From Tortispora ganteri (Eukaryota), in assembly GCA_003707115.1 (NCBI GenBank), contig PPNB01000027.1:1-64000 (forward strand): a DNA stretch of 64,000 nucleotides, written 5' to 3'. The notes below the pieces were generated by a model. The model was given only the letters and a program-made list of their open reading frames with translations, did not search any database and was not told the DNA's origin. Below, one piece after another: positions 10,394 through 20,112 of the stretch. Both the position numbers and the translations under genes were made by a program. The first letter of the stretch is position 1, and each line of letters opens with the position of its first letter.

Positions 10394-11573
10394 TTAGCCA
10401 TAGCGCATCCGGCCGCTGGAATCAACGACGACTTTGCGATACTCTTTACGATCATCTCTAGCTGCTCCATAGCGTAAACCAACCTTACCAGATTTCGCAG
10501 GTACGAACTTAAATATGAACTTGTCACCTTCGTACTTAGAACCAAGTACAACTTTTGTTTTCGCTTTTTTAATACCAGCAGCTACTGCTGTCTCAAAACT
10601 CTTCTGTAGAACATCCGCAGCGGGGTGAAGTCGTAATTCCTTTGCAGCAGCATCCGCAGTGACTATTTCACTCTCTCCGACAACCGTATAGTATGGCTTT
10701 TTAGCACCTATCGGCATCGCAACTTCCGATATGTTCTCCAAAACCGGAATCTGCTCGTCTGTGTACTTCTCGCCAGTCCGGAAATCAGTTGAGGACAGCA
10801 TAGGTTGACGCTCTGAATTCTTACCCTCAAAAATAGGTAAGGCTTTATATAAACGTTGTTCCATTCTTATAGCATCAGGTTCAATCTTGTCCTAAAGCAA
10901 TGATGTTAGTATTCGAGCGTAGGAGAAATTAAGTCGCAACAGGTGTTCAGAATCTTATATTGTAACCACGATTGCGGTCTTATAGACTAATCGAACAAAA
11001 TTGTATAAGTAATATTCATCAAATAGGCACACTAGATATGCGCTCAGCTAGAATTGTTAAAAAGGTACTTACCGCTTGCTGTAGTTGGTCCTCGACATGG
11101 GCCAACCGTATAACCGCAAAAATGCGTTCAGGCTTTACACCCAGTTCTTCACTGACAGTGCGAACAGGTTGCTTCTCTACCAACACACGATGTACTATAT
11201 CTTCCTTTAATGCCGGACTTAAAGCCAATCCTGACATTGTGAACGGGTTCATAGGAAACGGTCGTAGCGATTCCGGATAGGGTCGGGCAATAAACTTCCA
11301 AGGTAGGCCGAACTCTCTGCTTTGTGCAACAAAAAAATTGGGAACATGATTATTGGATAAGCGAGCGTATCTGTTTTTCACATATTCACCCTTCATGTTT
11401 TTAGGGCCCAGCCAGTCTATCATTTGCTGTCTCCACCTTGTGGTCCCTCGAAGTTCCTGCTCGGTGAAAGTGTTTCGCACAGGGTATTGTGGTCGTATAC
11501 GCGTGCGTATGTGTCTTATCGAGACATAACTGCCAACTTGCCGGCTTGTATGTGCGACCGGATGCCTGTTCAT
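10394..11573 (-). CDS. MRPS35: Mitochondrial small-subunit ribosomal protein mS45 (Mrps35/Bot1); exons 11573-11073 and 10891-10394
   Basis: WLGPKN..GEY..N.Y and LRPFPMNP motifs, C-terminal KVGLRYGAARDDRK. Phase-0 intron 11072-10892 (GTAAGT, TACTAAC, TAG) joins the two ORF-track fragments in frame. Confidence 0.9.
10943..11026 (-). ncRNA. Intronic box C/D snoRNA candidate guiding LSU rRNA 2'-O-methylation
   Basis: On the host strand: box C TGATGA (11021-11016), antisense element GTTCGATTAGTCT (10996-10984), degenerate D' AAGA (10981-10978), C' GTGGTTA (10969-10963), box D CTGA (10950-10947). The guide is complementary to the conserved LSU segment AGACUAAUCGAAC. Confidence 0.75.
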
Positions 11574-11783
11574 CTGATATATATCAAAAGATCACGAGAT
11601 CTGATGGAATTCGAGCAGTTTCAACACAGGTGCTTCTCTAGCTCGGTGCAAACTTGGTGATCGGGTTAAAAAGTGTTAGCTAGGGTCTAGGGCACCACAA
11701 CGCCCCTCCTTAGCAACAAGGGACCTAAATCGAGGACACCATTGCTTTACCAACTTTCCCCTTTAAGAGATATCGGCCACGAA

Positions 11784-13097
11784 ATGAGACTCGGCATATT
11801 AACTCTGGCCATTGCTTGCAGAGTTGCAACTGCTACATCTGCTTCCGGATCAAATGTTTTAGCGTTAATAGATCCAGAGTCACATTCGTCGTTCATATCG
11901 AACCTCAAGTCACGTGGATTTGATGTGGACACCGATTCTAAATCCCTTTTTGCTTACGACACCGATCGCATATACGACCATCTGATTCTAGGCCCTTCTT
12001 CTAATATTGATGCGAAACAATTGCTGTCGTTCTTGGAAGATGGTGGAAATATTCTTGCAATTGGTTCAACTGATGGCGTTAAGGGCGAGGTGAGACGGCT
12101 GGCTCATGAACTAGGCATGGCGCTGCCCCCTAGCGGCTCCAAACTGATTGATCACTTTAAAGCGCAGAATAATGATGCTCATGATATATTGGTACTGGAC
12201 GAATCATCAAATACAATACCAGAGCCATATATTCATCAGCCGGGCTCCAAACCGCTTATATACTCTGGTACCGGGTTCTCCCTCCTAAACAACCCCTTGG
12301 TACTACCTATCCTTAAAGCCTTCAGAACATCATACGTATCTTCCGGCCCAGAATCAGCAGCGGCTGTAACTGAACCCTGGATAGCAGGATCGCAGACGTA
12401 CCTGGCAGCTGCATTCCAGGCATACAATAATGCCCGATTTGTGTTTGTGGGCTCAGATTTGTTCTTCTCAAATAAATACTACAACGACGATAAATACGGT
12501 AACAAGCAGTTTGCTGATGACTTGACTAAATGGGTATTCCATGAAACTGGTGTCATTACTGTCGCTGACGTATCACATGGCTTAGCGAATCCTGAAGCAT
12601 TAAAGGCCGTAATTGATGCGAATACCACTACATTGGTCGGTTCCAACGGTCCAATTTATCGAATCAAGGAAGACATTATTTACTCGATTGATTTATCTAT
12701 ATGGAATCCTGAGTCGGCATCTTGGGCTCCTTATCAGGCGAATGACGATGTACAAGTTGAGTTCATCATGTTAGATCCATACTATCGCTTGAACTTGCAA
12801 AATATTGGCAGCACGGAAGATCAGTCTGCCTGCAAATACCAAGTAGAATTTAAAATACCTGACCATCATGGTGTATTCACATTTGCTGTCGATTATAAGC
12901 GACCTGGGTTGGCTTTTATTGAAGACAGAAGGACTGTAACAGTTCGTCATTATGCCCATAATGAATTTACTCGATCTTACGCAATTTCCTCTTCATGGGT
13001 ATACCTATCAGCAATTATATCTATTATAGGAGCATGGATTATATTTGTCATTTCGTGGGTCTATAGTGATTATAACTCTGTCAAAAAGAACCAATAG
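11784..13097 (+). CDS. WBP1: Oligosaccharyltransferase beta subunit (Wbp1/OST48)
   Basis: Signal peptide from ATG 11784, QAYNNARFVFVGS, MLDPYYRLNL, PDHHGVFTF, C-terminal TM and KKNQ ER-retrieval motif. Confidence 0.95.
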   Translation: MRLGILTLAIACRVATATSASGSNVLALIDPESHSSFISNLKSRGFDVDTDSKSLFAYDTDRIYDHLILGPSSNIDAKQLLSFLEDGGNILAIGSTDGVKGEVRRLAHELGMALPPSGSKLIDHFKAQNNDAHDILVLDESSNTIPEPYIHQPGSKPLIYSGTGFSLLNNPLVLPILKAFRTSYVSSGPESAAAVTEPWIAGSQTYLAAAFQAYNNARFVFVGSDLFFSNKYYNDDKYGNKQFADDLTKWVFHETGVITVADVSHGLANPEALKAVIDANTTTLVGSNGPIYRIKEDIIYSIDLSIWNPESASWAPYQANDDVQVEFIMLDPYYRLNLQNIGSTEDQSACKYQVEFKIPDHHGVFTFAVDYKRPGLAFIEDRRTVTVRHYAHNEFTRSYAISSSWVYLSAIISIIGAWIIFVISWVYSDYNSVKKNQ

Positions 13098-13186
13098 TTC
13101 GCAAAAATGCACTCAAATATAATACAAAAAACATACTTTTCTAACAGCATTGCTTCGTAAAGTCATAACTAGAAAAAATCGAAAAA

Positions 13187-14917
13187 TTAATTTTGCATAT
13201 TTCCAGCCATCATTGCCATTAATGCATTTATGTCGGATTGGCTCATATTTTGCATAGCACCAAGGTTCATCATTTGTGCTATCATTTGAGGATCCATCAT
13301 ACCATTTAACGGTTGCATGTGTTGCATTTGTTGCATTTGTTGAATTTGTTGCATTTGTTGAATTTGTTGCATTTGCTGCATTTGTTGCATTTGCTGCATC
13401 TGTTGCATTTGAGTAATCTGAGGACTCTGATACGGATGCTGTTGCACAGGGAGGTTTTGCTGCATATAAGGCATCTGCGAGGGCTGAGACATATTTTGCA
13501 TGGGGTTGTAAACACCATTATTATAAGAAATCATATTATTAGTCCCAGATGGCTGCTGTGGAGGAATAGTATAACTGCTGTTTCTTTGGCCAGCCATATT
13601 GTCATTCGCGGGAAAGAGCTGCTTTCTATGGAGGATAAAATAGGAATCATTAAGAGACCGCTTGAAGTCACGGTCCTGCAACCATTGGGTAGGAAGTTTC
13701 ATAGATATTGGCTCATGATCTGCCGACGGCTCTGTTGATTCATCGTCAACTGGTGCCGCAGGCGTTTCAGGTATATCTTCAGGTTTATAATAGATAGCTA
13801 CCAGAACCTTCGCTTCACGTAGAGATTGAGTTTCCGCTTCTTCGCTACTTGGGTCAACGTCACCTCCTCTTCTTGTGGAGTTTCTATCACGTGCAGACCT
13901 AGGAAGCGAGGTAAAATCAACAGATTTAGGAGTGGTCCAAGGTATTTCTTCATCTTCAACCGGACTAAAAGATTCACCACCAAACGCCATTCTACCTTCG
14001 GATCGGTCAAGGTCGCGTGCAGATCCAATATCATCTGATTGGCCGAGTCCGCTAAAACCTCTTTCGCTAGCATCAGAAGTGAAGAGCTTCACCTGGACCA
14101 GCTGATCATCGCTTTTCCAAGAGACCGACTTCTTCTTTCTCTTTTTCAGAGGCGGTTCAGACGAGCTTATTTCTTTATTAGGATTAGATTTTGTAGCATT
14201 GTTATTCTGTAAGGAGCTTAACATGTTGCTAATGGATATTGAAGGTTTGGAGGGCTGACGAGTAGAAGGCTGGGCAGCGTGCTGAGAGTTTTGAGAGCTC
14301 TGAGTAGTGCGTTGAGGTTCAGATGCAGAATCAATATTTTGCGGAGGTTTCCAATTTTTTATTTGAGATATCAGATCTGAGCACTGGTCCTTGGTAGGAC
14401 CAGATAGTTTCTTGAGCAAAGCAGTTAGGAGTTTGTCGAGCTTAGTGATTGCGGCCACTTCAGTCGAAATATGGAGTCTTCGAAGGAAAGATATAAAGGA
14501 AGAGACATTATCGTAATTTTTATATTTATAGTTAAAGAAGATCCAATTGCGTAACCGTGCTACAAATTTGACATCAGTGGACAGGCTGTACCAGACAGGA
14601 GAGGTTTCTGGCAGCAATTGAATGAGCTTGGAAGACACAACTACACGTAAATCCGAGTCGCTCAAAGTCCATTTATCTTCAGGTATACCAAGAGATATCA
14701 CTGCAATCCGTATAGCAAGTTTTTCCGGTTCTCGAAAGTATAGAGATACGGATGAGTCAACCAGTTGAGATAGTTGAGATTGTGGATCAGAGGATTGTAA
14801 GACCTCGCTGATATCATTGTCTGTTACTCTTATTAATTCTAGTTCTTCGGAATTTACTTCTTCTGAGCTTCGCCGTTTAGCAACACCATCTTCCGTCTTA
14901 ATTGGCGGATTGTTCAT
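13187..14917 (-). CDS. PP1 regulatory subunit, PNUTS/Ppn1/Ref2-like
   Basis: TFIIS-N-like helical region, KKRKKKSVSWK RVxF/W docking motif followed by LVQVKLF, Q/M-rich tail. Confidence 0.7.
   Translation of the reverse strand: MNNPPIKTEDGVAKRRSSEEVNSEELELIRVTDNDISEVLQSSDPQSQLSQLVDSSVSLYFREPEKLAIRIAVISLGIPEDKWTLSDSDLRVVVSSKLIQLLPETSPVWYSLSTDVKFVARLRNWIFFNYKYKNYDNVSSFISFLRRLHISTEVAAITKLDKLLTALLKKLSGPTKDQCSDLISQIKNWKPPQNIDSASEPQRTTQSSQNSQHAAQPSTRQPSKPSISISNMLSSLQNNNATKSNPNKEISSSEPPLKKRKKKSVSWKSDDQLVQVKLFTSDASERGFSGLGQSDDIGSARDLDRSEGRMAFGGESFSPVEDEEIPWTTPKSVDFTSLPRSARDRNSTRRGGDVDPSSEEAETQSLREAKVLVAIYYKPEDIPETPAAPVDDESTEPSADHEPISMKLPTQWLQDRDFKRSLNDSYFILHRKQLFPANDNMAGQRNSSYTIPPQQPSGTNNMISYNNGVYNPMQNMSQPSQMPYMQQNLPVQQHPYQSPQITQMQQMQQMQQMQQMQQIQQMQQIQQMQQMQHMQPLNGMMDPQMIAQMMNLGAMQNMSQSDINALMAMMAGNMQN
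13313..13411. repeat. Coding 9-bp minisatellite, about 11 imperfect units encoding (QQM/QQI)n
   Basis: Tandem TTGCATTTG-like units read directly from the sequence. Confidence 0.9.
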
Positions 14918-15089
14918 TGTTTTTTTTTTTGGTCTTTTTGCACTGTAGGGTTGGTTAAGGTGTTAAGAGTGTTGTGGGAATGGGGAAGGAAAGGATAAAT
15001 TAGACAGTTGCACATATATACATTGAATGTACATACTTATATATAATATAATCATAATAATAGTTCGTCTTAAATTGTGTAATTTGCTT

Positions 15090-16778
15090 TCAAGACTCAT
15101 AGTCATAAATAATAGTACCATTAACAGCCATAATATCTCTCCAGTACTCACCGCCGTCGCCATCAGATGAGAATTTCTGATGTGTTGTTGCAAATCCTCG
15201 TCCTGGTCCGCCTTCAGGGTTAGCAAAGTACCGTCCAATTCCCTTCTGTTCAGTCCATAAATCCGTATGAGCATCATGTAAAGTCTCTATTCTTTTGATA
15301 TCTGCATACACAGATATTAGTCTGTTGTCTTTCTCTACAACTTCCATATCGAGGCTAATATCATGATGGAATGACAGATGCGGTACAAGTGATTCCACTG
15401 CAACGATCCCGTCTTTGCTTCTCGTGTACGAGTTCGCACCACTAATAACCTTCGTCTCATGACTGAAAAGCGTAGAGTGTTTCTGTGACAGTCGATGTGC
15501 TGTCCTTGTGAAATGCTCCTGGTCTAGCTCTAGCGTGTATAAATTCCCCTTGGTGTCTTGAACAAGTGACTGTACCCATAGCCGTCTCTTCGCAATGTTG
15601 ACCGTTTCCAGTTGATTGTGTGAATTATGTTCAATGACAGTAGAATATTCCATACTAAGCGGTTGTGCTCCTGACACCGACAAGCTTAGTACCTGGTCCC
15701 ATTCAACGTCATCTTCGTGTCCGTATACGTACCCCAGCGATGCAGACAATAGCCAGTCTGCCTCCACTCCTGACATCTTGTTGTCAGAAACCACACGCAT
15801 ATATAGGTCACCACCATCCCACAGCAACGGTAGCCACGCAGATATGTCAAAATCACTGGCGTAGATGTCGAACGCCGAAATACCTACTATAGGCCTCCAG
15901 AGTGAAGGCACTATGCCGCCGGTAAACACTATAGGTCTCGGCCAGATGTACAATAACAGATACTCAGTTCCGTCTTTCTTTTTAAAAATGAGCTGTACTT
16001 CTCTGAATGACGAAGTTGAAGAAGATAACGGGTTATCGTCTGTGGGACAGCTGTTTGTCCACCAGAATTCCTCCTGAGCATTCCCCGAAGCTATAATAGA
16101 GAAGTACAGATGACTGACATTCTTCGCAACGGTAAAATTTTCTGCTACTAGCACAGATTCATTTCCAGAATAGGATAAAACTGGAAAATTACTGTTATGA
16201 ATAGTCAGGGGAACAATTGAGTCGGCAACGAGACCTTCAGTTTCTGGTGCAAAATAGAACTCGGCCGTCAGTTTAATGTGAATCGGGGCATTGTAGATAT
16301 CATTGACTAGGTTACCAAGATAATAAGACATATCGTTTGATTCTTTAAACAAACATAACGCATGAGATACATCTTTCAGAGCCTTCCATGTGACAGTATC
16401 TCCACCCGGTTCAGGAGTACTGGCTCTCCATAGTTCATTACCACCTAAGAAGAAGTGGCCTAGTCGGTCAAACTGCACGCCAGATGCAATACCTTCAAGT
16501 TTTAAAACTACATTGGTAAAAGGAACATCAGGAGGCGTATAATGCTCAATTGCAGGCTTACCATATGAGTTTTCGAATGTGTAATCGAATAGAACCTCTT
16601 CCCACACAGGCTGGCCGATCAACGGCAATGGGTCTCGAACCATTATCGCTTCTACAGGATTGTCAGTATACTCTAACAAGTGTAGAGTATCTAAAGTTCT
16701 CAAAGACCCATCTAAAGCAAATTGATCCGAAGAGTAGACCGCACCTGCGATCAATATAAGCCACCAATGCCTTAACAT
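15090..16778 (-). CDS. Secreted peptide-N4-(N-acetyl-beta-glucosaminyl)asparagine amidase A (PNGase A family)
   Basis: Signal peptide; FENSYGKP, GVQFDRL, WRASTPEP, SGNAQEEFWW, FREVQ and FTGGIVPSLWRPIVGI motifs. Confidence 0.9.
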   Translation of the reverse strand: MLRHWWLILIAGAVYSSDQFALDGSLRTLDTLHLLEYTDNPVEAIMVRDPLPLIGQPVWEEVLFDYTFENSYGKPAIEHYTPPDVPFTNVVLKLEGIASGVQFDRLGHFFLGGNELWRASTPEPGGDTVTWKALKDVSHALCLFKESNDMSYYLGNLVNDIYNAPIHIKLTAEFYFAPETEGLVADSIVPLTIHNSNFPVLSYSGNESVLVAENFTVAKNVSHLYFSIIASGNAQEEFWWTNSCPTDDNPLSSSTSSFREVQLIFKKKDGTEYLLLYIWPRPIVFTGGIVPSLWRPIVGISAFDIYASDFDISAWLPLLWDGGDLYMRVVSDNKMSGVEADWLLSASLGYVYGHEDDVEWDQVLSLSVSGAQPLSMEYSTVIEHNSHNQLETVNIAKRRLWVQSLVQDTKGNLYTLELDQEHFTRTAHRLSQKHSTLFSHETKVISGANSYTRSKDGIVAVESLVPHLSFHHDISLDMEVVEKDNRLISVYADIKRIETLHDAHTDLWTEQKGIGRYFANPEGGPGRGFATTHQKFSSDGDGGEYWRDIMAVNGTIIYDYES

Positions 16779-16893
16779 TATGCAGGTTGATAGAATGTAA
16801 CAAGAGAAAGGTCAGATTCTCTGAAGTATTCCCAATATAGCATATAAGAAAAACCTTAATTATCATATGATGGGGAAAAACATCTTAAATACT

Positions 16894-16907
16894 ACGCGCA
16901 AACGCGT
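16894..16907. promoter_or_regulatory. MCB-like elements (ACGCG and ACGCGT) upstream of EXO5
   Basis: ACGCGCAAACGCGT within 35 nt of the ATG of a DNA-metabolism gene. Confidence 0.45.
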
Positions 16908-16927
16908 CCTATATCGGCGCTAATATA

Positions 16928-17956
16928 ATGATCCGTAAACAAATGGCTAGAAATGCAAGAACACTTGCTACGGAAACCTCAAAAGTAATCAAAAAGACAT
17001 CAGTGACTTCTCTTCTTACTCCATGGTGCGAGCTGCAGCAAGACTATTATGACAGTGGTATCCTTACTAGACGAACAACATTAGCAATGAAGCAAGGCAC
17101 TAAGACACATGCTAAAATAGAGAAGATATACGAGCTGCCATTTGAAAGCATGATAATTGAAGTACCTGTTCTAACTTTCCAAGATAGGCGTAGTACAGAG
17201 TTACTGTTGACTTACGGAAAGCTTCGCGCTATTACCCATCCGTCAATCGCGAAGTCACCCGCAGGACTTAATATGGTATGCGAAGTAAAACTTTTTGGCC
17301 ATATAAGCGGCTGTGATGTCACTGGTATCATTGACGCTGTAGGATTTGGCCAGAAAAGCCCTCAAGACTCCCCAAAGATATACCTTCAAGAACTGAAAAC
17401 TGTTCATGGAAAATCACAAGTCTCGAAATCACAGAAAGCAGCCGCAAGACTACAGGCAATGGTCTATTACAAACTATTCAATGGACTTGCCAATGGATCA
17501 TTTAGTCTTCCTGACTTTCTTGCTCGCCAGGGCCTGGAATTAAATAAACCACTCAACCATGCCCTGCTGGAGGTCGCTTTAGAGGCTAACATTATTTCGT
17601 CGCCTAGTCAAATTAAGAGCTTCGGCGAACTTGCAAAACTAGTGCAAACAGCCTTCTCACAGTTTGAAGGAATGGTCAGTGAAGAATTGTGTACTGAGTA
17701 TATCAATGATACTAATACAAGTGTGACACACGACAAATACATCTTCGACGAAGAATTAGTATCTTCGTTTCTCAGCGATAGAGTGCAGCTTTTTCTCAAA
17801 AATAGGGAACCACGAGGTGTCCCAGTATCTGAGGCATTCAAGTGCCGTATATGCCCTTTCTCTCCTAGATGCCCTATTACTACAAGCATCGCAGCTGGTC
17901 TACCTCTCCCGCAAATATCAGAACCACCAAAATTGCACTTCACTCAAATAGACTAG
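16928..17956 (+). CDS. EXO5: Exonuclease V (Exo5/Dem1) with 4Fe-4S cysteine ligands
   Basis: SVTSLLTPWCELQ, MKQGTKTH, GIID, ELKT, QAMVY and KCRICPFSPRC motifs. Confidence 0.9.
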   Translation: MIRKQMARNARTLATETSKVIKKTSVTSLLTPWCELQQDYYDSGILTRRTTLAMKQGTKTHAKIEKIYELPFESMIIEVPVLTFQDRRSTELLLTYGKLRAITHPSIAKSPAGLNMVCEVKLFGHISGCDVTGIIDAVGFGQKSPQDSPKIYLQELKTVHGKSQVSKSQKAAARLQAMVYYKLFNGLANGSFSLPDFLARQGLELNKPLNHALLEVALEANIISSPSQIKSFGELAKLVQTAFSQFEGMVSEELCTEYINDTNTSVTHDKYIFDEELVSSFLSDRVQLFLKNREPRGVPVSEAFKCRICPFSPRCPITTSIAAGLPLPQISEPPKLHFTQID

Positions 17957-19974
17957 CTACCTCGTTCATGTAATTCTAGCTGAAGAGCGGCCAGAAAACA
18001 TGAGATTTGTGAACGATCCTGAACCCAGAATTTAATAAGATTCTCGCATTCTTCAGCAAAGTTGCTATCGGATCTCCCTAGAAGTTTCATCGTTCCTTGA
18101 TCTGCATTAATTACAAACGAGGCCTTCTCTGCCGATTCATCTTTTCCGATCTTTAGTTTTGAGACAACTTTTATAGTACCATTAGGTACCATTTCGACGT
18201 CAAAGCCGAGATATTTGTAAACCGCATGCCTGTATTCTTTGAATTTCTTGGCAAACATTTCTTTTAGCCGTACAATAGATTTTTCTCGTGACGCGAGCTC
18301 ACGTTCTACTTCCTGCACTTCTAACCGTACACGGTCAACAGCTGTTATAATAGCTCGGTCACTCTTTGCTAACAACGCTTCGTTCTCATTTTTCAGTGCC
18401 CGTAACATCTCCCGCTTAACAAACTGATCTTTAGAAACTGGGTTGTCTCTCATCTCTAAGATTCTGGTACGGTCTTCCTCTGATTTAGAGAAAGATTCCA
18501 CTTGTTTTTTAAGAGCCTTATTCTCATCTTTTAGTTCAGCTATTTCAGTGGTTAATTTTGTGTAGTCAGCATCAAGTTTTCGGTATCTTTCGAATATATC
18601 TGAAACTTTAGCAGGGCTTGATCGAGCAGTATCATCTAAATCAGAAGATGCCTTTCTCTTTCTGCTACCTGGCACAATTCCAGATACTTCAGATAACTGC
18701 TTGTTCAGATTCTCCAATTCATTCTGATACGATTGTACCAATGATTTTAATTCCGCAAGGCTTCGTTTAGTAGTTTCATCTGTGGCATCTTCCTCTCTTT
18801 CGTCAGTATCAGCATACTGATCCAGTTGACTCCGCAAAAAAGAGCATTCTTTAGCTACTAGATCATATTGCCGCTCAAATCTAATCCTGGCCTTCTTCTC
18901 CTTAGTAAGATCGGATTCTAATTCTGATATTTGATCATTGAGCTTTTGCATATCCTCCGAGGTTCCAGATATTTCATGAGCTCTAACGTTATTCTCAGTT
19001 TCCATACGACCCAATTTATCTGTCAAAGCCAAGTTCTCAGCTCTAAGTTTGACTAGAGCTCTTGTCAGGTCCTCGGGCGAATTGTACTCATCGTCCTTTG
19101 ACAGATATGTCTTCCATCGTGACTGTTCATCTTTCAGTGTAATTACTTCGAGTTCAGTTTGGGAAAGTCTGTCCTTGAGGTCGTCAAAAGACTGTAGGCG
19201 CTGATCAAGGCGAGACTTTTCCATACGCAAAAGCTCAATTTCTGTTAATTTATCTTGATATAAACTTGCAATTCGAGATTTCTCTCTAAGCTCGTTTTCG
19301 ATCTGTAAGATGTACTGGCTCTGATCGTGTAGCTGGTTCTGTAAAAGAGTGAATTCTTCAGAGTCGGATTTAGTAGAATTGGAAGTTGTTATAGACGGCT
19401 TTGATTCGAGATCAACAATTTGTTGTTTTAAAGCAGTGATTTCAGCCGACATCTCTTCGGTTTGTTTTCTGTGAAGAGCCATTGTGCTTTCTAAAGTGTC
19501 CTTAGTAGTAACAAGATCATCCTGAAGTTGCTTGTTTTTGCGAGTGACAGTGCTTAATTGTTGTTCAAGATCTTCATTCTCGTCTATCTTTTCGGTGATT
19601 TCAGATTTGAGTTTTCTAAGCGATTGATCGTGGGTTGACCGCAGGGTATCAAATTCAGATTTAGTAGAGTCAAGTGCGGCTTTTGTAGTATTGAGTTCTT
19701 CGAAAAGGAACCTTTGTTGAGATTCAAGTTTATCAGCACGAGATCCTTCTGTTTTAACCTGTTCTTCAAGCTGCCTGACAGTATCTTGATGCCAGAGAGT
19801 TTCGCGTTCGCGCTCTTGTTGAACTGTTTGTAAACGGAACTCAAGTGTGCGAACTCTTTGATTCACATCTGGAGGGTTGTTCGAAAATAGTTGTGTGTGA
19901 TTCTCGACCACGGCTATTTTTCGTGTAGGTGAATCTTTAAAAGGCGAACTAGCATTCGAAACAGGCGATGACAT
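17953..19974 (-). CDS. MAD1: Spindle assembly checkpoint protein Mad1
   Basis: Long coiled coil, Mad2-binding RILEMRDNP, RLKEMF motif, C-terminal CFLAALQLEL. ATG at 19974. Confidence 0.92.
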   Translation of the reverse strand: MSSPVSNASSPFKDSPTRKIAVVENHTQLFSNNPPDVNQRVRTLEFRLQTVQQERERETLWHQDTVRQLEEQVKTEGSRADKLESQQRFLFEELNTTKAALDSTKSEFDTLRSTHDQSLRKLKSEITEKIDENEDLEQQLSTVTRKNKQLQDDLVTTKDTLESTMALHRKQTEEMSAEITALKQQIVDLESKPSITTSNSTKSDSEEFTLLQNQLHDQSQYILQIENELREKSRIASLYQDKLTEIELLRMEKSRLDQRLQSFDDLKDRLSQTELEVITLKDEQSRWKTYLSKDDEYNSPEDLTRALVKLRAENLALTDKLGRMETENNVRAHEISGTSEDMQKLNDQISELESDLTKEKKARIRFERQYDLVAKECSFLRSQLDQYADTDEREEDATDETTKRSLAELKSLVQSYQNELENLNKQLSEVSGIVPGSRKRKASSDLDDTARSSPAKVSDIFERYRKLDADYTKLTTEIAELKDENKALKKQVESFSKSEEDRTRILEMRDNPVSKDQFVKREMLRALKNENEALLAKSDRAIITAVDRVRLEVQEVERELASREKSIVRLKEMFAKKFKEYRHAVYKYLGFDVEMVPNGTIKVVSKLKIGKDESAEKASFVINADQGTMKLLGRSDSNFAEECENLIKFWVQDRSQISCFLAALQLELHERGS

Positions 19975-20112
19975 CACTAACAAAGTGAATCAAGGAAGTG
20001 AAATATAGGATGGTGAATGTAAACAGTGCTTAAAGGTCAATTAAGCTTTTTTGGTTATTAAGACTTTTTACCTTTTCTGCCTTTTCTTACTGCCAAAGAT
20101 AATAAAAAGAAA

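Noticed and set aside
13306..13738. Cys-rich (CNK)n and (LLH)n ORFs resembling a metallothionein or zipper
   Set aside because: Alternative frames of the 9-bp QQM repeat.
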